NCBI GenBank assembly: GCA_964016885.1
Contig: OZ024740.1
Coordinates: 82,150,001 to 82,214,000 of the forward strand
Source: Eledone cirrhosa
Taxonomy: Eukaryota
Length of the DNA: 64,000 bases
Direction: 5' to 3'
Shown here: piece after piece, positions 44,165 through 57,947 of the stretch
Position numbering within the stretch: the first letter of the stretch is position 1
How the letters are laid out: each line of letters begins with the position of its first letter
The notes under the pieces: model-generated
Database searches by the model: none
What the model was told of the DNA's origin: nothing
Seen by the model: the letters and a program-made list of their open reading frames with translations, nothing else
Translations under genes and position numbers: made by a program

Positions 44165-47100
44165 GCGCCACCCTCTTTGCTAGCACCTTGGGCAAAATCT
44201 TGAACTCTGTGTTTATCAGAGTTATGGGCCTAAAATTATCTATGTTATCCCCCTTGTTCGGATCCTTTCTCAGCAGCACCACCGCTCCTCGGCTCACAGA
44301 GCTAGGAATTCTCCCGTTCTATTGCCAGTTGCAGTAGACGTCCGCCAAGACGCCTCCGAACCAGTCTGGCATTTGTACGTAAAGTTCATAGGGTAGGCCA
44401 TCCAAACCAGGCGATTTACCCCTTGTGCAGCCAGTCATTGCCTGCCGTACTTCAGCGGCTGTTATCGGCTTTTCGCAACAGCGTCAGTGGCCGAAAGCCG
44501 CGGCAGTCCGTCGAGGTAGACACTAAAGTCCATCCCTCGATCCGTCCCGCGCTGCCCCCGAACAGTTGAGCGTAGTGTCGCTGAAAAGCTTCACACATTT
44601 GCCCGGGATCGAGTAGCATGCGCCCATCGTGGTCCACCAAAGACCGGATCGTGGATTTGTTGCCACGACACGCCTCCGCCACTCGGACCCATTGAACGGA
44701 TTTCGTCCCCTCGTGTCTGAGAGCACCCACCCTTGCTCTGACAACGCAGCCTTCGTGCTTTGCATTTATAAATTGGTGAAGGGGCAATTTCGCTGAAAGT
44801 ACGTCGGTCGCGATGGCTTTGCTAAGCGCCTCGTCTAATGTTCTAACTAATTCTCCCTCTGCTCTATTTTTCTCTATTGCTAAAGCCTTACTAAATCTAA
44901 TGGACTCTATTCTAATTTCTCTTTTCAGAGCAAACAACCACTTGTTGTTGACGATGGCCCCCGTCAACGCCCGCTTAACTAGTTCGCTAGTCCGGTCTAT
45001 GTAGGCCTTGCGCGCTGGTAAGGACGCGTTTAGCTTCCAGTAGCCGGTCCTCGTCTATGAAGCCTATCTAATTCAAGGACACAGATCACGAATTTGTGGT
45101 CCGTGTAGCTGACTATCTTGAATTCTGGACAGCCTATGCTAGACCTATCTATTTCCCTACAAAATACTCTATATCGATATGATCTGGATGACCCTATGCG
45201 ATTTGTCCAAGTCCACATCGGCACATTCGGGAAATCCAATCGGTATCTGTCAGGCAGTTCAAAACGCCTGAGCAGGTTGGGGAGGCTCTTGCAAGCTCCT
45301 CCCCTATCCGCTGATCCCATACAGTCCCAGCGTGTATCTAAGATCCCGTTCCAGTCGCCCACTAACACTAAAGAGCGGAACGTTCCAAGAAAGGTCTCCA
45401 GACGCCGGAAGAAATCAGGCCGTCCTGCTCCTGTCGGGGCATAGACGGCCACTCGCCTGAAAGCTTGCCCGTCTCCGCTGGTCAGGTCCAGCACCACCAA
45501 CTTACGTTCTGGGTCCAGGAAGATGGCCCGTATGGCTAGATCCAATTCTCTCCGAAAAAGCACAGCAATCCCTTTCCCCCGATCCCGGAAGGGTGGGAGA
45601 TGCGTACACATCATATTCTCCGAAGGTCGGTGCGAAGGCCCGTGCTTCGGAGATTCTGGTCTCGGTGATGGCCACATCATCTATGTTTAGTGACCTGAGG
45701 TCGTTGAGCAGGTGGCCCTGCTTCCATGACGACCCCAAGCCACGCGCATTTATGCTGCCTATTCTGAGTGAGGTCATGTTGAAATGGAGTAGAAAAGATG
45801 GGAAAGACCACTTACCGTACTTTTTTCGTAGAGGAAGGATGGTTTCGGCATCCCTTTTCACTTGATCGTCCGGTGAAGGGACCGTTGAATCGTGCCTTCG
45901 GCTGGTCGTCGGCTCTTCTATGAGTATGTCCGAATATACTCTCCGGTTGAGAGTCTCTCCTCGGTCTCCGAAATCACCAACTGCGTTGGGGAATTTCGTG
46001 TTAATGTTTGTATATTGTTTCTGTGCTATTCTTACCACTCTTATGTTCGTTGGTGTGTTGATTGGTGCTGGTATTATGTAGTCGTGCTGTGAAATGTCTG
46101 TGTGTTCAATTATGTAAGTCATTAGTTTCTTGTGTGTATATATTGCCGTGCATTTGTTTTTCTGGGGGTGGGGTGTGGTTCTGCTATTTTCTTGTCGTTG
46201 TTGCTGGGTGTGTGTGTTCTGTTGTTGTGTTTGCGATGTTGGTGCTTGTGGTGGAGGTGTTGAAGGTGTTGTTGTTGTTGGCGGTGGGGTTGTCGCCGGT
46301 GGTGATGGTGGTGCTAGTGTGGGTGGTGATGGTGTTGGTGGTGTTGCTGCTGTGAGTCTCTTTGTAGTAGCCTTTACCCTTTTTTCCTTTCTTTCCTCCC
46401 TTTTCGAAGGCGACGATGCGCTGCTTCTGCGTTTGTGCTTTCTTGCGACCTTTTGCCATCCTTCTCCCACCTAACACTCCATGTCTGATTCTGTGAGGTC
46501 GGGGAGGGGTACCAGCTCCACTCTTTCACTAGTTGTTGTTGATGATGTTTGCAGTGGTGTCTCTGTTGCAGCTGCAGTTGGTATTACTGTTGTTGTTGTT
46601 GTTAATACTTCCACAGCTGCTGTCGTTCTTGTTTTCCGTGGCGTGGGTATGGATGCCACGGGCCTATCGTTCCTGGTTTCCGCTTGTCCTGTTGCTGGTA
46701 GCCGTGGAGCCGGTTTCGGAAGGAGGGGTTTTCTCCTATCTCAGGGTCTTCTCGTTGCAGAAGGCCCTGAGTTGAGTCTTCGATCCACAGCGAAAGGATT
46801 TCGGGCGTTTGCCCTCAGCACTTATGGTCAGTTGAGTGCCGTTATCGAAGTCTATCACATCCGGGATAGCTTCGATGCACTCCTGGTTGGTTTGGATTAA
46901 CATCTCAATGGAGGTGCCGACCCAATCTTCTCGTACTTTTTTCTGTATTTGCAGTAGTGATGTTTTGTCCTCGATTACGACGAGGACAGACGCGGCCAGC
47001 CAAGAGAGGGCCATCAAAGGGGACGTGGATCAGTTTGACCCTCACAATTTTTTGTCCGCAGTAGGAGAGCACCAAACACCGTTTCCTCGTTCCTTAGGTT

Positions 47101-47550
47101 CACCTTTTCCCGCACACCTTTTTCGGCGTTGTCGTCGTCGTCGTGGAGAAATGTTCCATGTTTTGCACGTGATTTTGGAAACAATTTTTCTTTACTGGCG
47201 TCGTTTGTGAAAGAGAAGGGAGGGAGAGATACACATTTAGAGAAGGGAGGGAGAGAGACAATCTTCTCTCTGCTGTAGTGACGATTGAGGAAGAAGAAGA
47301 CGGAATGAGTGTGAAAATTCTTTTTTGTAGCCATGTTTTTTTTGGGGTTTAAAATAAATATTGGGCACAGAACCCCAATAAGCGGTTATTTAACCACGAA
47401 CGTCCAAATAACGGGCAGAAAGACCACTCTCACGAGGAGGAGGGTGTTTTTCTCTACAGTTTGGTTAAAGTTTTAAACAATTTACAATTGTTATAGCGGT
47501 CAAAATTTACAATACCTTACAGACTCGAGCCTCCGTCAACCATGGCATTT
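44165..47550 (-). mobile_element. Tx1-like LINE, 5' half only (5' UTR, ORF1, APE, start of RT)
   Basis: MTSLRIGSINARGL, VAVYAPT, LVGDWN, YTDHK, DNFRPITLINTEFKIL; ORF2 closely similar to copy 1; breaks at the Dong B tail. Confidence 0.9.
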
Positions 47551-47554
47551 TTAG

Positions 47555-49060
47555 GATATCAACCAAATCTTGTCCTAGCCCGTCAGCATTGATCTCCTCA
47601 GTGGCCGTATCTCTGTTCCAGGTATTAATTATCTCAGTATTCAGATCATTGTCTGCTTCGGGTGGTTCCTCCGTTCTCTCGACCTCTTTACCTTCATTTC
47701 CCACTGGCTCGTTTGCCTGGCATACTCCACCCTCCATCTCCAAGCTAATCTCTCTGCTCAGTTCCTGCAGTTACAGCTCGCTTATCCACCCATTAGCTCT
47801 TATTACGCGAGCCTGCCCGGCCAATTTTTGTTCATCTAATTTAAATAGACCAATCTCGTTCCAGATGTTATGCATCCGTTTCCTATAGCCCTTGGAGTTA
47901 CTTTTCAGGTAACATTGCATAACAGTTCTATTCAATTCTTTCGTCCAGTTGGTTCTGGTCCCTTTCCTTCTTCTTCTTCCTCCGACACCAGCAGTATTTG
48001 GTTGACAGCCAGGTCCCTGCTGTTGAGCCAGGGAGCACCTGTTGGGTGAGAGTCTGTCACATGACGTTCAAGTCTCCATTTCACCGTTATTCGAACTGTT
48101 TAGGTTCGACATTTAAACACACTTATCGAGGATTGGCGAATGTATAGTTACATAACCACCGGTGGATTCACCGCCTCCGGTGGTTGCGTCACTCCACGTG
48201 GCTCTTGTGTGGCATTATCACGCTGTAGACGAACACAAATAAACAAACAAACAAACAGGCAGAAAAAACCCCAAAAAAGAATAAGCATTACAAGTTTCAT
48301 TGTAATGTAGTGTTCGAATGTCTGACTTAGTTTTTCCCTTCCTTTCTCTGTCCGTTCGTTTCTTTCTCTCTTCATTCTTATTTTCTTTACGTTTTTTGTT
48401 TTTTGTTGTTGTTGTTGTTGCTTTGATTTTGATTTTTGTTTTTTCTTTTGAGTCTATTTATATATTTTGATGCCTTCCTCTTTTTTAGTAGGAATTCTAC
48501 AATGTGGTGGCGGTGCTGTGCTAGCAGCAACTAGCAGGAGGTAGTGGGAGAGAATAGCGGCGGTAGCGATACTGAGGCAGTGGTGGTGGTGGTGATGTGG
48601 TCGTATTAATGTAGTGATGGTGTCCTCTTTTAGTAGGAATTCTACAATGTGGTAGTGGTGCTGTGCTAGCAGCAACTAGCAGGAGGTAGTGGGAGATAAT
48701 AGCGGCGGTAGCGATACTGAGGCAGTGGTGGTGGTTATGTGGTCGTATTACTGTAGTGATGGTGTTGTAGTTGGGGTATAAATTTGAGTCGATTTGATCA
48801 GAGTTTTCATCGTGGTAGTGGTGGTGGTATTGGTGGTGAAATAATAATCTTTAGTCGTTTAGTAGTGGTGGTGATGTGGTCGTATTACTGTAGTGATGGT
48901 GTTGTAGTTGGGGTATAAATTTGAGTCGATTTGACCAGAGTTTTCATCGTGGTAGTGGTGGTGGTATTGGTGGTGAAATAATAATCTGTAGTCGTTTAGT
49001 CATTTTACCATTTTCGACTCCAACATTCCTGATGAAAAATTAAATATTAATCTTGTTTAT
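47555..49060 (-). mobile_element. 5' part of Dong family A including the long leader (with internal ~130-bp duplications)
   Basis: 47555-48500 is the inverse of 50005-50962; 48190-49060 is the inverse of 54050-54610. Confidence 0.85.
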
Positions 49061-49670
49061 CAATAGTGTCTAGTGATATCGCCATCCTCCCCTTTCGTAA
49101 GTTAACAAAAGGTAGTGGGGGGATAGTGGTGGTAGCAATGAAGGAGTGGTGGCGGCGGTGATGGGATAGTGGTAGTAATGATGGATGGGCGGTGACTCTA
49201 GTGATGGCGTTGTCGTTACTGATGTCCGTTCGGTGAATCTATGGGGTTAGTCACGTACATGTGTTGACATAAATTCCCTTAATGTTGGAATTAAACATTT
49301 TGTTCAAACTTGGGACAATAATAATAGTAATTATTATTATCATTATTATGTTGAGATTGGCTGTGGTGGTGGTGAAATTGCCGTTATCTGGCTGTTGTGT
49401 TTAGTGTACACAGAGGGGTGATATGGTAGGTGGTGTATCTAGTTTCTGGTATTGGTGAAATTGCTGTTGTTTGGCTGTTCTATATAGTGTAATCAGTGGA
49501 GGGGGGGGTTCTTCTTCTTCCATTTATAGCCATTTTCTTTTTTGAATATACAATGTATAATACAAAGTTGAATATTTGAGCCTTATAACATTATATTTTG
49601 GGTCCGAATATTTACGTAACATTTGTACTAAGAATTGTTATTTCACAAATGATTTAAATATGTTAAAAAT
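49060..49670 (-). mobile_element. Tx1-like 5' UTR / ORF1-start fragment
   Basis: ggctcaaatatt..aaaatggct..gaacccccccctcc resembles the Tx1 5' regions at ~7000 and ~47340. Confidence 0.5.
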
Positions 49671-49675
49671 TCAAA

Positions 49676-49941
49676 GAGCAGCCTTCAGGAAAAATCACTT
49701 CATAGTACCTTCTTTGAGAAAACTGAATTTAGAGATCCACAGACATAGAACTGGTTGAAAAGAGGAGACCTTAAAAAGGCTACAGAAGGAATGTTAATGG
49801 CTGCGCAGGAGCAGGCCCTCAAAACGAAGTGGTTGAAACACCATATTTACAAGGAGGAGGCTGCAGGTAGTGGCTTGATATTCATTCCAACAAACTTTCC
49901 AGTTAACTAACATCAATGACTGAGAGTCAAGGAGTAATAAC

Positions 49942-49990
<49 letters not shown>

Positions 49991-50000
49991 TATAATATAA
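49676..50000 (+). mobile_element. Dong A 3' fragment with an internal deletion and (TAA)n tail
   Basis: Matches 53051-53232 joined at the gaggct microhomology to 53812-53887. Confidence 0.85.
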
Positions 50001-50003
50001 TTA

Positions 50004-53000
50004 TGTAGAATTCTCACTAAAAGAGGAAGGCCTCAAAATATATAAATAGACTGAAATTATGACCCGGTCAAAATAAAAAAAAACAAAAATTAAAATCAAA
50101 GCAGCACAGCAACAACGAAAAACGCAAAGGAAATAAAAATGAAGAGAAAAACAAACGGACGGAGAGAGAAGGGAAGGGAAAAACTATGTCAGACATTGAA
50201 ACACTACATTACAATGAAACCTATGCTTATTCATTTTTTGGGTTTTTTCTGCCTGTTTGTTTGTTTGTTTATTTGGGTTCGTCTAAGCGGGATACTGCCA
50301 CACAAAAGTCACGTGGAGTAACGAAACCACGGGAGACAAGTAATTCACCGGTGGTTATGTAACCATACATTCGCCAATCCCCGATAAGAGTGTTTAAATC
50401 TCGAACCTAAACAGTTCGAATAACGGTGAAATGGAGACTAGAATGTCATATGACAGACTCTAACCAAACAGGTGCTCCCTGGCTCAGCAGCAGGACCTGG
50501 CTGTCAACCAAATACTTCTGGTGTCGGAGGAAGAAGAAGAAGAAAAGGGACCAGAACCAACTGGATGAAAGAATTGAATAGAACTGTTATGCAATGTTAC
50601 CTGAAGAGTAACACCAAGGAGAAAGGCTATAGGAAAAGGATGCATAACATCTGGAACGAGATTGGTCCATTTAATTAGATGAACAAAAAACTGGCCGGGC
50701 ACGCTCGGGTAATAAGAACTAATGGGTGGATAAGCGGGCTGGAACTGGAGGAACTGAGCAGAGAGATTAGCTTGGAGATGGAGGGTGGAGTATGCCAGGC
50801 AAACGAGCCAGTGGGAAATGAAGGTGACGAGGTCGAGAGAACGGAGGGACCACCCGAAGCAGACAATGATCTGAATGCTGAGATAAATAATACTTGGAAC
50901 AGAGATACGGCCACTAAGGAGATGAATGCTGACGGGCTAGTACAAGATTTGGTAGATATCCTAAACGTAGTGGTAGATGAATTGAACAATGATAGTGGGA
51001 GACCTATGAACCTAAGATTTGTAAACAGGAAAAAGTTAAAAGAAACAACAGCTAAGGTAAACAAAGTCATCCCATACCTTGAGGCCAGGAGCCTTCACCA
51101 GTGCAACAATATCCTCAAAGCAACAGCAAATACGGTGAGGAAACTAGTTGGTATAAAAGCGAGAGGAAACAACAGACAAGAAAGAGCAGAACCTTGGTGG
51201 AAGAAACGACTGAGTGGTCAAATCAGGGAAATGAGAAATGACATTGGAAAGCTTGAGTCCCTACTGAATGGGACACTAAAAAACATAGACACTAAAAATA
51301 GACTGGAAATACAGTACAAAACTAGGAGGAAAAAGCTAAATATTATCATAGAGGAACTGAAGCAACGCATTGTAGCAAAGAGTGCAAAAATCAGGCGGTA
51401 CGAGAACAGAGTCAGTCAGTATAGACAGAACCGCATGTTCTACAACAATCAGAAGATGCTGTTTGGACAGCTTGAACGGAAAGAAAGAGGCAACGACTTG
51501 ATCCCTGAGGCGGAACAAACTAAAACATTCTGAAGAGGAATATGGGTACAGGATGTTAAACATAATGACCAGGCAGTGTGGATTGAGACAGTACAGAAGG
51601 AGATCAGTGAACAGGCACACCAACAAACTGATTTGAGTATCACAGTTGAAACTCTTAAGGGGCAGGCAAAAAAACTAACCAACTGGAAATCACCTGGACC
51701 AGATGGTGTGCAGGGGTATTGGATTAAAAACATAACATCCCTCCACTCGAAACTGACAACCATGTTCAATGACTGCTTGATGTCAGGTGAGGTACCAGAG
51801 TGGTTGACAAAAGGTACCACAGTTCTGATAATGAAAGACCGAATCAAGGGTAATGATGTTACCAACTATAGACCTGTCACATGTCTGTCCGTAATGTGGA
51901 AACTGTTGACAAGCATTATATCTGAGGAAATCTACCATCACCTCCACACAAACAACTTGTTACCGGACGAACAGAAAGGATGCGAAAGATGTCACGTGGT
52001 ACAAAGGACCAGTTACTTATTGATAAGATGGTAATGAGGAATTGCAAGAGGAGACACACTGGTCTTGCCATGGGATGGATAGACTACAAAAAGGCATTTG
52101 ACATGGTGCCTCATTCTTGGATCACCAAAAGCCTGGAGATCTTCAAGGTGGCAGATAACATCAGACAGTTGTTGGGCAAGAGTATGAGGCCCTGGGAAAC
52201 AGAGTTGATCTCAACTGGAGAATCCTTGGGAAGCGTGAAGAACAAGAGAGGTAACTTCCAGGGAGATAGCCTATCCCCTCTGTTGTTTGTCCTTGCCCTG
52301 ATGCCCCTGACCAGTGTACTGCGAAAAGTGAAAGCAGGATGCAAGTTGGGAAAGGGAGAGATTACCATCAATCACCTCCTCTTCATGGACTATCTTAAGC
52401 TCTTCGGGAAGAGTGAGAAGGAGTTGGATGTGCTTGCTGACACTGTCCGTATTTTCAGCAGTGATATATGTATGCAGTTTGGTTTTAGTAAGTGTGGAGT
52501 CATTGTGATGAGGAGGGGTAGGTTGAGCAGAAGTAACGGAATCCAGTTACCAACAGGTGAGATGATAAAGGAAATTGACTCTGAGGAAGGATACAAGTAT
52601 TTGGGCGTTCTGGAGGCTGATGGCATAAAGAACAAAAAAATGAAGGAATTGTTAAGAACTGAATACATTCGGAGAGTAAGGAGCGTATTGAAGTCACATC
52701 TGAACAGCAGAAATGCCATAAGCGCAGTAAATTCCCGAGCTGTGTCTATTATTAGGTACAGTGCGGGAATTCTGAGATGGAATGTTGCTGAACAAAAAGA
52801 AATGGATAGGAAGACTAGGAAGCTATTGACTATCTACATGTTCCACAAGAGGAGTGATGTCGATAGACTCTACCTAAGGAGATCTGAAGGTGGAAGAGGT
52901 CTTATCAGCATAGAGGACTGTGTTCCGATGGAGAAAATCAACCTACACAAATACGTGGCTGATAGTAAGGAGCCAATGCTCAGAACTGTACTGAAGGAGG

Positions 53001-53886
53001 GGGCAATAGGCCAGTAGATGTCCAAGGAGGAAATGACATCAAGGAGAAAGAGCAGCCTTCAGGAAAAATCCCTTCATAGTACCTTCTTTGAGAAAACTGA
53101 ATTTAGAGATCCACAGACATGGAACTGGTTCAGAAGAGGAGACCTTAAAAAGAAGGAATGTTAATAATGGCTGCGCATGAGCAGGCCCTCAAAACGAAGT
53201 GGTTGGAACACCATATTTACAAGGAGGAGGCTAGCCCACTGTGCAGGATCTGCGGAGAGAGAGAGGAGACTGTGGCTCACATTGTATCCGAGTGTAAACA
53301 CCTAGCCCAGACCCACTATAAGGACTGGAGACACGATGTGATGGGCAGGGTGATCCACTGGCACCTGTGCAAAGTAAACAATTTACCACATTCTGAGAAA
53401 TGGTATGAGCATAAGCCAGAGACGGTGATGGAGAACGATCAGGTGAAGGTGCTGTGGGATTTTAGGATACAAACGGACAAGAAACTGGAACACAATAGAC
53501 CTGACCTGGTGGTTGTGGACAAAGAAAAAAGATCGTGTCTGATTGTGGATGTGGCCGGCCCATTCGACACGAGAGTGCGAGAGAAGGAGAGGGAGAAATT
53601 AACCGATACCAGGACTTAAAGTGGGAGGTAAAAAGGATTTGCAACTGCCATGAAGACAAAGTGATCCCGATTGTCATAGGCGCACTGGGGACTATCTCCA
53701 AAAGATTCCAGGGATGGTTAAAGAAAATCGGCCCCTTCACGCTTTTTGGAACGCTTCAAAAGGCATGCTTGCTGGGAACAGCAAGAACCCTCCGATACGT
53801 CCTGAATATCTGAGGCTGCAGGTAGTGGCTTGATATTCATTCCAACGGACTATCCAGTTAACTAACATCAATGACTGAGATTCAAG

Positions 53887-53917
<31 letters not shown>
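50004..53917 (+). mobile_element. Near full-length Dong family A element
   Basis: Leader, single disrupted ORF, 3' UTR, (TAA)n 53888-53917. Confidence 0.93.
50398..53813 (+). pseudogene. Dong A single ORF (N-terminal domain, RT, CCHC knuckle, RLE) with stops and frameshifts
   Basis: ORF pieces 50472-50678, 50679-51533, 51576-52034, 51980-53017, 53158-53619, 53535-53813; start inferred from MLNINSSNNGE at 58018. Confidence 0.9.
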
Positions 53918-56900
53918 CGCTCCCGTAAGTATTTGATTTTTACTTATTTAAAACAACTGTGATAGAATAATTCTTATTACAAATGACGTATAAGATTACA
54001 TTTTAACGCTCAGCAAGCCATAACGCATCACTTTAAGGCATAAGGCCCCAATATTTAATATTTAATTTTGGATCAGAAATGTTATAGTCGAAAAAGGGGA
54101 AAATGGCAATATGGCTAAATAGGTAAATGGCTAAGTGGACAGACAGACAAATAATTTCACCACCAACACTACCACCGCCACCATCACCACTACCACGCCA
54201 AAAACTGAGTCAAGCTACCTCAACTTCTATTTCTACTTCAACTACAACTACAGTACTACGATAACATCACCACCACCACTGCCTCATTATCACTACCGCC
54301 GCTATTCTCTCCCACTACCTCCTGCTAATACATGCATCGTAGTGTCCCCACTAAAAGAGGAAGGCATCAAAATATATAAATAGACTGATTTGATGACACG
54401 GTAAAAAAATCGAAAAACCAAAAATCAAAATCAAAATCTAAACAGCACGGACAAAAGAAAAACAGACAAACGGACAGAGAAGAAAAAAAAAACTAAGTCA
54501 GACATTCAAACATTACATTACAATGAAACTTATGCTTATTCTTTTTGTTTTTTTTCACCTATTTGTGTGTTTATTTATGTTCGTCTACAGCGTGATAGTG
54601 CCACACTAAAATCACCGGGGGTGATGAATTCACCGGTGGTTATGTAACCATACATTCACCAATCCTCGATAAGAGTGTTTAAATGTCGAACCTAAACAGT
54701 TCTAATAACGGTGAAGTGGAGACTGGAATATCATGTGGCAGACTATCACCCAACAGGTGCTCCCTGGTTCAGCAGCAAGGACCTGGCTGTCAACCAAATA
54801 CTGCTGGTGTCGGAGGAAGAAGATGAAGGAAAGGGATCAGAACCAACTGGACGAAAGAATTGAATAGAACTGTTATGCAATGTTACCTGAAGAGTAACCC
54901 CAAGGAGAAAGGCTATAGGAAACGGATGCATAACATCTGGAACGAGGTTGGTCAATTTAAATTGGCCGGACAGGCTCGGGAAATAAGATCTAATGGGTGG
55001 ATAAGCGAGCTGGAACTGGAGGAACTGAGCAGAGAGATTAAGTTGGAAATGGAGGGTGGAGTATGCCAGGCAAACGAGCCAGTGGGAAATGATGGTGAAG
55101 AGGTTCAGAGAACAGAGGAGACATCCGAAGCAGACAATGATCTGAATGCTGAATAAATAATACCTGGAACAAAGATTCGGCCATTGAGGAGATCAATGCT
55201 AACGGGCTAGGACAAGATTTGGTTGATATCCTAAACTTAGTGGTAGTTGAATTGAACAATGATAGTGGGAAACCTATGAACCTAAGATTTGTAGACAGCA
55301 AAAAGTTAAATGAAACAACAGCTATGGTAAACAAAGTCATCCCATACCTTGAGGCGAGGAGCCTTCACCAGTGCAACAATATCCTCAAAGCAACAGCAAA
55401 TGTGGTGAGAAAATTACTAGGCATAAAAGCGAGAGGAAACGACAAACAAGAAAAATCAGAACATTGGTGGAAGAAACGACTGAATGGTCAAATTAGGGAA
55501 ATGAGAAATGACGTTGGAAAGCTTCAGTCCCTACTGAATGGGTCACTAAAAAACATAGACACTAAAAATAGATAGGAAATAAAGTACAAAACTAGGAGGA
55601 AAAAGCTAAATATTATCATAGAGGAACTGAAGAAACGCATTGTAGCAAAGAGTGCAAAAATTAGGCGATACGAGAGCAGAGTCAGTCAGTATAGACAGAA
55701 CCGCATGTTTGACAACAACCAGAAGATGCTGTTTGGACAACTTGAAGGGAGAGAAAGAGGCAACAACTTGATCCCTAAGACATTCTGGAGTGGAATATGG
55801 GAGCAGGATGTTAAACACAATGACCAGGCAGTGTGAATTGAGACAGTACAAAAGGATATTAGTGAACAGGCACACCAACAAACTGATTTGAGTATCACAG
55901 TTGAAACTCTTAAGGGGCAGGCAAAAAAACTAACCAACTGGAAATCACCAGGCCCAGATGGTGTGCAGGAGTATTGGATTAAAAATATAACATCCCTCCA
56001 CCCGAAACTGACAACCATGTTCAATGACAGCTTGATGTCAGGAGAAGTACCAGAGTGGTTGACAAAAGGTACCACAATTATGGTAATGAAAGTTCGAATC
56101 AAGGGTGATGATGTTACCAACTATAGACCTATCACATGTCTGTCCGTAATGTGGAAACTGTTTAAAAGCATTATGTCTGAGGAAATCTACCATCACCTCC
56201 ACACCAACAACTTGTTACCGGACGAATAGAAAGGATGCCCAAAGAAGTCACGTGGTACAAAGGACCAGTTACTTATTGATAAGATGTTAATGAAGAATTG
56301 CAAGAGGAGACCCACTGGTCTTGCCATGGGATGGATAGACTACAAAAAGGCATTTGACATGGTGCCTCATTCTTGGATCACCAAAAGCCTATAGATCTGC
56401 AAGGTGGCTGATAACATCAGACAATATTTGGGCAAAAGTATGAAGTCCTGGAAAACAGAGTTAACATCAGCTGAATAATCCTTGGGAAGCGTGAAGATCA
56501 AGAGAGGTATCTTCCAGGGAGATAATCTGTCCCCTCTGTTGTTTGTCCTTGCCCTGATGCCCCTGACCATTATACTGCGACAAGTGAGGGCAGGATACAA
56601 GTTGGGAAAGGGAGAGCTTACCATCAATCACCTCCTTTTCATGGACGATCTTAAGCTCTTCGGGAAGAGTGAGAATGAGTTGGATGTGCTTGTTGACACT
56701 GTCCGTATTTTCAGCAATGATATATGTATGTAATTTGGTATTAGTAAGTGGGGAGTCCTTGTGATGAAGAGGGTAATTCTAGCAGAAGCAACGGAATCCA
56801 GGTAACAACAGGTGAGATTATAAAGGAAATTGACACTGAAGAAGGATACAAGTATCTGGGTGTTCTGGAGGCTGATTACATCAAGAACAATAAAATGAAG

Positions 56901-57947
56901 GAATTGATAAGATCTGAATACATTCGGAGAAGAAGGAGCGTATTAAAGTCACATCTGAACAGTAGGAATGCCATAAGTGCATTAAATTCCCGAGCTGTGT
57001 TTATTATTAGGTACAGTGCGGGAAATCTGAGATGGTATGTTGCTGAACAAAAAGAAATGGATAGGAAAACTGGGAAGCAATTGATTATCTACAACATGTT
57101 CCACAAGAGGAGTGATGTCTATAGACTCTACTTAAGGAGATCTGAAGGTGGAAGAGGTCTTATCAGCATAGAGGACTGTGTTCAGATGGAGAAAAACAAC
57201 CTACACAAATACGTGACTGATAGTAAGTAGCCAATGCTCAGAATTGTACTGAAGAAGAGGACAATAAACCAGGGGATGTCCAAGGAGGAAATAACAACAA
57301 GGAGAAAGAGCAGCTACCATGAAAAATTCCTTCATAGTACCTTCTTTGAGAAAACTGAATTTAGAGATCCACAGACATGGAACTGGTTGAAAAGAGGAGA
57401 CCTTAAAAAGGCTACAGAAGGAATGATAATGGCTGCGCAAGAGCAGGACCTCAAAACGAAGTGGTTGAAACACCATATTTACAAGGAGGAGGCTAGCCCA
57501 CTGTGCAGGATCTGTGGAGAGAGAGATAAGACTGTGGCTCACATTGTATCCGCGTATAAACACCTAGCCCAGACTCACTATAAGGGCTGGAGACATGATG
57601 GCTGGAGACATGAGTGCAAGAGAAAGAGAGGGAGAAAATTAACCGATACCAGGAATTAAAGTGGGAGGTTAAAAGGATTTGGGACTGCCATAAAGTCAAA
57701 GTGGTCCCAATTGTCATAAGCGCAATAGGTACTATCTCAAAAGGTTTCCAGGGATGGTTAAACAAAATTGGCACCGCCACGGTTTTCTAACGCTTCAAAA
57801 TGCATGCTTGCTGGGAACAGCAAGAAGCCCCCGACACGTCCTGAATATCTGAGGCTGCAGGTAGTGGCTTGATATTCATTTCAACAAACTTTCCAGTTAA
57901 CTAACATCAATGACTGAGGCTCAAAGAACAATAATAATAATAATAAT
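53918..57947 (+). mobile_element. Dong A element with the longest leader, head-to-tail with the previous copy
   Basis: HLLFMDDLKL RT motif; deletion in the RLE near 57600; TAA tail. Confidence 0.92.

Noticed and set aside
48185-48215. HDV-like P3/L3 motif cactccacgtg
   Set aside because: Antisense to the Dong element, not conserved in the 54600 copy, and no complete pseudoknot found
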